The notes beneath the pieces were generated by a model. It was not told where the DNA came from, did not search any database, and saw nothing but the letters and a program-made list of their open reading frames with translations. A program made the translations under genes and the position numbers. A DNA stretch of 20,000 bases from Xylographa opegraphella (taxonomy: Eukaryota). Shown here one piece after another: positions 12,277 to 20,000 of this stretch. The stretch spans positions 424,130 to 444,129 of the forward strand of contig JALDZX010000015.1 in the NCBI GenBank assembly GCA_022813865.1, read 5' to 3'. The stretch's first letter is position 1. Every line of letters starts with the position of its first letter.

Positions 12277-14401
12277 ATGGATGTTGATCGCCGTTCTTTT
12301 CATTGGCAGCTTCCCAGGATGCTCAGAGCTCTTGCGAGTGCACATTTTATTGCCATTGACCTCGAATTATCCGGCATCCAAAGTAAGACTATCCACAGAC
12401 CTAAAGTCGTCGAAAATGGATCCAACGAGGCAAGATCCACGGGTGGAAAGCAAACTTTGCAGGAGCGTTATGAGGAAGCGAAAGAAGCAGCTGAAAGATA
12501 TCAGATTCTGCAGGTGGGGTTGACCATAGTGAATGAGGACGCTGACACAGGTTTATACCATTATCAATCTTATTCTGTCGTGTGATACTGAATGCTTTCC
12601 TCGTGACAGGAACATATACTGCCCGTCCTTACAATTTCTACTTAAACCCAATCCTCGAGGTCAAGCTTGACATCGAGAGAATCTTCTCCTTTCAGAGTGG
12701 AGGTAGGCATGTGAAGATTCTGAAAAGCGTCCTTTGCTAAATTCTGTAGCTGTGGAATTTCTGTTAAGCCATGGATTTAACATGCAGGCGCCCTTCACAT
12801 TGGGAGTTCCGTACCTATCACGGGAGGAAGAGATAACGGCAATGGACATGGAGCTTGCAAGGCAAGACAAAGCTGCAATAGCAGATATACATCTTAGCAG
12901 TGACGAAGTGGAGTCAATCCAATTTGTCCGGAAAGTACGAGAGGATATAATAAAGTGGAAGAACCGGGAGGATGTGGGTTTACTGACTTACTTCTTGTGA
13001 AATACAAACGATATAGCTGACAAAGCAAGTGAAGTCCTGGCCCGAGTTCTTGAACATTGCGCCCGATGGTCATTCTGTTACGCAATATACTGAGAAGAGG
13101 GGATTGAACAACTACCAGAAGCGTTTAGTACACCAGCTTGTCCGTGCAGAATTTCCCGAATTCGTGTCCATCAGCCGCCCTGGCTTTATTCAGATCATCC
13201 CTTATGATAAAGAGCGTGAAGACGCTTTGCACAAGACGAAGATGAAAGGGTTCGAAGAGAAGCTTACCCGGCAGGTAGGCCTTCGGTGGTTAGTGGAGGG
13301 CATGGTGGGCGGCGACCTGGACAAAATCGACCCTATCAGCTTCGCAAGCTGTCTGGATGGCAATCCTGTCTGGCTCGATCTGAAAGAACTCAAAAGGGAG
13401 TTCAGCGAGGTGCAGAGAAAATTAAGCAAACAGCGTACCGTTCTCATCGGCCACAACCTCTTCATGGATCTCATAAACTTCTACAAATGCTTTTTCGGAA
13501 CACTTCCTGACACCCTTGTGGAATTCCAGCAACTAATTCATGGGCTTTTCCCCCTAATTGTCGATACAAAATACATGTCAACCCATAACAACTCCAACAT
13601 CAACGCCCGGTCCGGCTTAGAAGAGCTAGATGCAGATCTCCACAAGATGACCATTCCGACCATAGGTAAATTGATTGAATTCCACCATCGCTCTTTCTGA
13701 TATTGACCCAACGGCCAGCCCTCCACGAAGACCATTCCAAATACTCTGACCTCTCCATAGCCCACGAGGCAGGATACGACAGCCTCATGACCGCACGGGT
13801 CTTTATCCGGCTTTCCGCAAAACTCGAAGCCGCAGGTCACTACGTCGACTCTGACGACGAAGCAGGCTGGCACACCCCCGCGGAAGAAGGCGGCTTCCTC
13901 GTCGACCCCGCAAATGGTGCATCCCCTCGGAAGGCCGAACTGCTGAAGCAGCCGTCCACAAGCAATCACTTCATACACTACGACCCCACCACCTCCCCTC
14001 CAGTGCCTCTCCGCGCGGAGGCCGTACCTCCTACCCCTATCACACCCCGCTCACCAATCCCCAAACCCAGAAAAACCAAAACAACCACTTCGAAGATCAA
14101 AACCCCCTTCTCCCACGTCGGCATGTTCGACGCTCTCGACGAAGCTTCCACCTCCGCCTCAGACTTCACAGATCTCGACCAATCAGATATTCCAGGCGAG
14201 CCAGCAGCCATCTCCGCAGCCGAAGACTTTATTGACAAATGGACAACGCCATTGCCTTCGGTACCCAGGGTGCTGGACGCGAGCGAGCAGCCGGCTTCAA
14301 GGCTCATACCGCCGTGGGATAGCGATTTCTGGAACGTGTACGGGAATAAATTGAGGGTCAATGGGACGGTGGAGGGGGTTTGTGATCTTTCGGGGCGTTA
14401 G
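12277..14401 (+). CDS. CAF1-family, PARN-like DEDDh 3'-5' exoribonuclease. Predicted exons 12277-12550, 12610-12702, 12750-12973, 13035-13665, 13719-14401 (~634 aa)
   Basis: ExoI FIAIDLELSG, YQILQVGL, RPYNFYL, AVEFLLSHGF, R3H-like NNYQKRLVHQLV, ExoII LIGHNLFMDL, IVDTKY, ExoIII HEAGYDSLMT. Four GT-AG introns (59, 47, 61, 53 nt) join all pieces in frame (1905 nt). Confidence 0.9.
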
Positions 14402-14810
14402 CGTGGATGTGGAGAGTCGGATTGGGAGTTTGGGGGGGCCTGTGTGATCGGAATGGGTTGCTTAGTTGGGGAAGGGTTGGCGGACTAGTAATTCGGACGG
14501 GAGCTGATTCCGACAAACAAGGGTTTTGGCATCGAGTGACTGCAAGGAGGTGATGGGTTCATGCTAGGGACGGCTTTGAATGGCATTCTATGACAGGCTG
14601 TGGGATGGCAGCGGTAGAAGAAACGGATTACGTGGTCTCTATTCTGTCAATCTCTGCGGCCAGATAGAAGTGAAGGCCATGGCGACGGCTTAGAGACGTT
14701 AAGATAAACGAAAGAACATAGGCCACTAATGCGTCGTAATAGCATGGCACTAAGGTACTCTCGCTACCGCAATTACTCTCCCACCCATCGAATCTTCCGG
14801 TCCCTATACC

Positions 14811-16889
14811 CTACCCACCTCCGGCACCCCTCGCCTCCCATACCCCCCTCTCGACATCCTCATACCCTCTCCGCACCCCCGGCGCGAAATGTAGCCGCAG
14901 CAACTCCCCCTCCCACACCGTCCCCGCGAACGGATTACTGCCCTCCACCTCCGCGCGCCGCGCCTCGAACTCCCCATCCCCTTTCCGCTCCTCCGTATCC
15001 CACAAGCCCACGATCTTGCGCCCGTGCGTCTTCGCCACCCGGCCCATCAGGCCCAGCACCCCCATCGCCGACTTCTCCGGCAGGTGCAGCGCGGAGATGA
15101 GCAGCTGGTGGGAGAAGGCGGCGACGCGGACGGGCGGCACGGCGTGCGTGGAGACGGGGGGCAGGAGGATGGAGGAGAGAGCGCGCATGAGGAGGGCGGG
15201 CGTGGTTTGTATGTTGATTTTCGGGGCCGGGAGGGGGGAGGGCGTGACGGCGTGCGGGTCCGGGAGGCGGAGCGAGCGGGCGCTGAGCTCGAGGTCGGGG
15301 TCGAGGGCTAGGGCGTGCAGGGAGCGGTAGAGGTGCGTGGTGAAGAATGAGAGGTCCAGGTGGAGGGTGCTGGCGGCTTTGTGGGCGTCTTGGCCCTCGA
15401 GCAGGGCGAAGGCCGTGATGATGCAGAGGAGGGAGTCGCGAGTCGCGCTGCGGGTTGTGGCTGGCGGCGTTTCGGAAGTGGAAGGGTCCTCGAGGGAGGG
15501 GTCGCCATCGTCGTGAGGGGAGGCCGCGTGGGTGGTGAGGTCTTTGAGGGCTTCTAGAAGGTCGCCGAAGAAGTCTTGATTGATGAGGTGAGCGTATTTG
15601 GCCAGGCCTTCGAGGATGGCGCCGGTGAGGGTGGGGATGCGGGCTTTGAGGATGCGGAAGTAGGTGACGAAGACGAGCTTGAGCGTCTCCGCTTGCGTTC
15701 TGTCGCGCTCCTCGTGGCTGACGATGGCATCGGCTTCGTTGAATTCTTTGGATATGGCTTTGCGCTCCTTTTCGAGCTTGCGCTGCTTTTTGGTGCGGAA
15801 TTCCTTTTTGAACTTGGGCTTCTTGCCTTTCAGACCGGGGTCGGGTTGGGATCTGTCAATATGATTCTGAGAGCCTTTGGAGGAAAACTCGGAGAGAAGA
15901 CGTAGGTGGAGGAAGGTGTTGAGAACGCTCTCATCGATGCGGAAGTTGCGGGCTTTCATCATTCGGGTCAGGGTGGTGACTGCGTCTAGCGATGCCGTGC
16001 CGTCTTCATCGTCGCGGAAGAGCATCTCGAAGGTCTCGCGGCATTTAGTGTAGTCGCTGTCAATTCGCTTGCCACTCAATTTGGTGACCAGAATCTTGAT
16101 CAATTCGCCTCTAAAGTTGAAGTGTGGCACAGCGAGGAGAAGCGTACAGGCACGAGAGATAGCAACACTGGCAAGACTCGAAAGAGCTTCAGATACACCG
16201 CCTCGACTTGATCTAGCATGTTTGGCAAGCTCGTTGACGTATTTCTGGTAAGAGCTCACGAGTCCTTGTTCAAAAGCTCGGAGCCGTCGGACCTCCTTCG
16301 ATACCTTTTCTGTCATATCTGAATCCCCAAGTGGCCGTATCCGATAGCCCGGGATCACATCTTTGTAAATAGCCAACTGTGTAGCCAACCCCAGCTTTTT
16401 GACCACTGGGTTAGAAGACGAAGCAATCTGCGCCAGTGTCCGAAAACCGCCGACATGCTCCTCCGGGTCCTCATTGATAAGAGACGCAATTCTTGCCAGT
16501 TCCTCTTTCGCATCAAGAATCTGCTGCCTAGCTGAGACCTTAGTTTCCTCAATTTTGACTTCTCCTGATTCAAGCGTTCCATTGTCCTTGTCTTCATCAG
16601 AGCCCAGCCAGCTATCGTTTTCCTCTTCCTTGATGTCCGGCACTACCAATTGCTCCACCCTTCCCTCGGCTGTCTTGATCGGCAACCTTGTGTTCTCTCT
16701 GTCCTTCTTCTTGACTTTCCGCGGCCGCGTCTCGTAGTCCTGCTCGAGATTCCATCGTGCCGCATTTGCGAAAAAGTCGTTCCCACTTGGCGCATCGGAA
16801 GTCTCAACCAGCGTTGAAGGGGAAGTCTCTGGACTGCCTGGCTGCGGCGGACTGAGCCTCCTCTTTTTTCTCGCCGGCGCTAGAGCCAT
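14811..16889 (-). CDS. NOC3: Nucleolar complex protein 3 (CBF/Mak21 family; 60S biogenesis), 692 aa
   Basis: RLPIKTAEG, KEELARIA..I.EDPEE, YKDVIPGYRIRPL, PHFNFR, LEGLAKYAHLINQDFFGDLLEALK, SNPFA..WE..LL..HF.P motifs; N-terminal basic NLS-like RKKRR; single exon. Confidence 0.95.
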   Translation of the reverse strand: MALAPARKKRRLSPPQPGSPETSPSTLVETSDAPSGNDFFANAARWNLEQDYETRPRKVKKKDRENTRLPIKTAEGRVEQLVVPDIKEEENDSWLGSDEDKDNGTLESGEVKIEETKVSARQQILDAKEELARIASLINEDPEEHVGGFRTLAQIASSSNPVVKKLGLATQLAIYKDVIPGYRIRPLGDSDMTEKVSKEVRRLRAFEQGLVSSYQKYVNELAKHARSSRGGVSEALSSLASVAISRACTLLLAVPHFNFRGELIKILVTKLSGKRIDSDYTKCRETFEMLFRDDEDGTASLDAVTTLTRMMKARNFRIDESVLNTFLHLRLLSEFSSKGSQNHIDRSQPDPGLKGKKPKFKKEFRTKKQRKLEKERKAISKEFNEADAIVSHEERDRTQAETLKLVFVTYFRILKARIPTLTGAILEGLAKYAHLINQDFFGDLLEALKDLTTHAASPHDDGDPSLEDPSTSETPPATTRSATRDSLLCIITAFALLEGQDAHKAASTLHLDLSFFTTHLYRSLHALALDPDLELSARSLRLPDPHAVTPSPLPAPKINIQTTPALLMRALSSILLPPVSTHAVPPVRVAAFSHQLLISALHLPEKSAMGVLGLMGRVAKTHGRKIVGLWDTEERKGDGEFEARRAEVEGSNPFAGTVWEGELLRLHFAPGVRRGYEDVERGVWEARGAGGG

Positions 16890-16969
16890 TGCAAGTCGAA
16901 TCGTGAGGGAGAGAAGTGGGATTTATGATTGGAAATCCACAAATCCAGCACAATGTGAGTGGGCACGTT

Positions 16970-16978
16970 AAAAATTTT
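16970..16978. promoter_or_regulatory. RRPE-like element (AAAAATTTT) in the NOC3 promoter
   Basis: Matches AAAAWTTTT ~80 nt upstream of the NOC3 ATG; RRPE is known from fungal ribosome-biogenesis promoters; a minus-strand CCAAT lies at 16928-16932. Confidence 0.5.
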
Positions 16979-18115
16979 GGTGACCCCCACGCCAAGAAAC
17001 TAGGGCATCGGGTCTTTCCGCTGTTGAGCTGCGCTTAATCCTAACGACATCTTCCCAAAGGTATGTAAATTGAGCAGAACTGGTCGAACTTTAGGTCTTG
17101 CGTAGGCAGAGCTACTGTCTATCTTTACCAGCATCAATACATACGACCAGCACGTTGCTCATTTACGGGCGGTACAGATGGGAATCCGCTATTGCCTTGC
17201 CATAATCTTTTGAAGGCCCCTATTCGAGGGACGCAAGCTACTCCAGAGTTGCTTTACATCGGTTCAAATATGCCCTTGGTTCCACTAAGCTTGACCTATA
17301 AGCCTGATTCATTGACTGCAAGATATAATCCGTCCTTCCGCACGTCAATACAGTCCATTCCACGTGGATACTGGGGTTAGTATCCGTTATCGAGCTTTTC
17401 TATTAGAGCCTTAAATCCATTCGATGTATGCAGTTTCCATATTCAAAAGCGGCTGGAGCTTTCACGAAGCAATGTGTCTGCTCTCCATATCGGGGAAGCC
17501 TGAGAGAAGCTGTTTGAATAATGCAAAGAAATCTATGATTTCTTAGACTTCTTATCATCTGTCTAATATTAAATTAAGCTTGGGAAAACCGGAAATGCAC
17601 CCATTGTTTCAATTGTAATCTTGGTAGGAGCCAGAGTCTCAAACTCAGAAATAATCCAGCTCGATTCAAGTAGCTGGATAAGACCCTGACTGTCGGTGGC
17701 CAATTCGCATGTCTCTCCTCAAGCAGGCGGTATTGTGAAATCGCTAAAAACCCGAGAACAGGTCCCGGTTGTTGCACTCTGCTGATAGCCCTTGCAGCTG
17801 GGTTGTATAAAGATAGGGGGCCGCTGCATCGAGGTATTATTGTAGAGCTTTTCTTTCATTACGATCACTGTCCGCAGCAAAAGGTACGAACAGCTAAATA
17901 GCAGCGAACTGTATTTACTGGGTTACTCCACGTGGTAGAAGAGCAGCCTTAGTGGTGTGCGCACGAATGATGTGAATGCCAATGAGAAAAGTATATGCAA
18001 GGCAAGTCGTATTCGTTATTGGCTTTGTATGCGCTGGAATTTGCCATTCTATCTCCAAAAGAACATCTGTCAATAGAAGCATACGTCCAGGTCTGGCTTC
18101 GAAGATAAAGGAAAC

Positions 18116-18290
18116 AAAAAGTTCGGATGCCCGAGGGCATCCTATGAAAACTACTGTACTATGAGTGGTTTTGCTACAAAGTCAACAGAATGGGTTTTCA
18201 GCCACTCTCATCGGATTTCGAACCGGGGACCTTGTTTCGTGGTGCTCTTTGGCAGCCGCGCTTAATCCATTGAGCTAAGCTCTCCGGATC
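18116..18290 (-). ncRNA. tRNA-related Pol III unit (SINE-like element or non-tRNA Pol III ncRNA)
   Basis: Minus strand: A box TAGCTCAATGG (18277-18267), D-arm-like GCTC..AAGC, AGGTC, B box GGTTCGAAATCC (18224-18213), terminal hairpin GGATGCCC-TC-GGGCATCC (18142-18125), TTTTT (18120-18116). No acceptor or full anticodon stem. Confidence 0.6.
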
Positions 18291-19688
18291 GGTGAAGGAA
18301 CATGCTCTTATCTTAGTTATAAAGGTAATTTTTTGGTCTCCTCAGATAAACAGTACTGCAGGTAAGGGGTTACAACACCTTACTTTGGTATACCAGAGGC
18401 TTTGGATCATGATGTAGGCTTTTGTTTCTTGGATACATCATGCTGTTCTGTATTACCACTCGATACATGGGGTGACCGGTAAAAACAGGAATTCTACAGT
18501 ACTATTCTCTCTATACTATTAATGTTCAAACGCGCCCAACAGAATGGGTCTATACATGCACAAGTCATCCAATCTCCATGTCGTCGTTTCGTGCTTATCG
18601 TCAAAACCTGCTTAGTACTGGCAACTTCGCTTCCAGCAGAAGTTATATTTTCAGACTTACCACGGCTATCGCCATGAAAGGTCTCCGCCGGCCACTCCAG
18701 CACGAACACGTTGATACACCACTTGCAGTCCCAGTACTAGGCGCAGATGGATGCGCTCTAAGTTCTAAAATAATCTGCTCTTCAGATAACCAATACCCGT
18801 GCTGATGAAGGCTCCAGTATAGAGAGATAGAATCCTGGTCCAGATCCACCAAGCGTCAAACAGCAGCATCCAATGAAATGCCGGAACAACCCATGAAGTA
18901 TGTCTGCACAGAGTGATGTCACAGACGAAGAAGAAAAAACCTTGTCGCACTCAGCCAGAGGCAAAGATAAGATGAAAAGATTGACGAGAATTACATGTAC
19001 CAATACCTCTCTGAGCAGAGTTCGTGCATGAATCTGCGGCCATAAACAATTACTCGCAAGCAGATTCGGCAACGAGTATACGTGTCTACGAAGATTGAGT
19101 ATCGCCCGAGCCATCGTTGCGAGCATCGAGTTAAGTGCCGCCAGCCGACGATGGACTGTGAGGTACTGAACCCAACTCGGAACTCCTCTATCCCGAAATG
19201 TGTCACTAGGACTCAAGCTCGCTACTCACTCCTGAACGATCACGGCATACTTCAAATTTCGCATCACAAATCAACCACAAACCACAATCGTTGACCGAAG
19301 ATTACTCGAGGCACTCAGTCGATAGAGCAGAGGAAGTTGTTGGTACAAGCGAAGCATGAAGGAATGCTGATAGACTTGACATGTCCAGAAAAAGCGATGG
19401 TAATGAGAGTCTCCTCGGGTTCTCCCCACGCTGCGGGAAAAAGCTGAATGTATTTGTTATGGGAAATGGGTTGTGTAGTTATAGGCGCTAAATGATATTG
19501 ATCGTATTGTTGGCATGCCTGACACCAGATCTCGCTGCATGCTGATTCTGACAATGGGAATGTTTCTTGAGAGTTCCTCGCGAGACATCAATCAGAGCCA
19601 ACTTTAAGCGATGCGGTAGATGCGAAGGGAGGGTGACAAAAGGCATGGCATGATCCCACTGTAATATCACGAATTTCTGCACTCTAGA

Positions 19689-19882
19689 CTAGACTCCGTT
19701 ACCGGGTAACGGGCCACACCCTAGAAGCGGGCCATTAAATTAAGCGAGACGCGAGGGCTAGGGCACGCCTTAAAATAAATAAAATCAATATAATGAAATT
19801 ATATTTAGGTAAAAACAATATATAAATAGTATTAATTGTTGAAAATAGCGTTGCCTGGCAGAATGCCCTTTATGTTGCCTGG
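19689..19882 (-). mobile_element. Possible Helitron-like 3' terminus followed by AT-rich repeat-like sequence
   Basis: Perfect 8-bp-arm palindrome CCGTTACC-G-GGTAACGG (19696-19712) followed on the minus strand by AGT-CTAG|T; composition shifts to TpA/AT-rich to the right. Right boundary is arbitrary. Confidence 0.35.
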
Positions 19883-20000
19883 TGTTACGGCTCGCTATCT
19901 CACCAGAAAAGCAGGCCTAGAACCACAGCTATAGGTGAGTGTGACGGCTATGACATCAGTCACAGGTAATAGGGGTCGGGCTGGATCAGGACTAGCACCT
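19883..20000 (+). mobile_element. Possible start of a Ty3/gypsy-type LTR, truncated by the window end
   Basis: Begins TGTTACG, a common 5' terminus of fungal gypsy LTRs, next to a repeat-like AT-rich stretch; the other terminus is not visible. Confidence 0.3.

Noticed and set aside
14729..15905. Plus-strand ORFs overlapping NOC3
   Set aside because: Low-complexity products expected from very high GC content and few stop codons antisense to a real gene
18116..18212. C/D or H/ACA snoRNA as cargo of the Pol III unit
   Set aside because: ATGAGA and CTGA are too close and non-consensus for C/D; an ANANNA follows the first hairpin but there is no terminal ACA after the second
18203..18285. Functional tRNA gene (possible GCC, CCA or CAA anticodon)
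   Set aside because: No acceptor-stem pairing, at most 3 bp in anticodon and T stems, and an extra base in the T loop; kept only as a tRNA-derived Pol III head
1..20000. CRISPR arrays, rRNA, transposase/RT/tyrosine-recombinase genes, secondary-metabolite cluster
   Set aside because: No spaced repeat arrays, rRNA-like sequence or corresponding protein motifs were seen

Overview
Eukaryotic, filamentous-ascomycete-type DNA, judged from short 47-72 nt introns with CTRAY-like branch points and no prokaryotic signals. Bases 1-16.9 kb are a gene-dense housekeeping block: the 3' part of the midasin gene MDN1/REA1 (5'-truncated, 4 predicted introns, one GC-AG), an unrecognised 280-aa ORF, a PRCC-family gene, a 5-exon CAF1/PARN-family DEDDh exonuclease, and NOC3. 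The last ~3 kb has no convincing protein gene. It holds the most unusual element: a ~170-nt minus-strand unit (about 18116-18290) with tRNA-type Pol III A and B boxes that cannot fold as a tRNA and ends in a perfect hairpin plus T5, so either a SINE or an unannotated Pol III ncRNA. The window ends in a probable transposon-derived region (Helitron-like 3' end, AT-rich patch, LTR-like start). All calls are from reading the sequence by eye; no searches were run.
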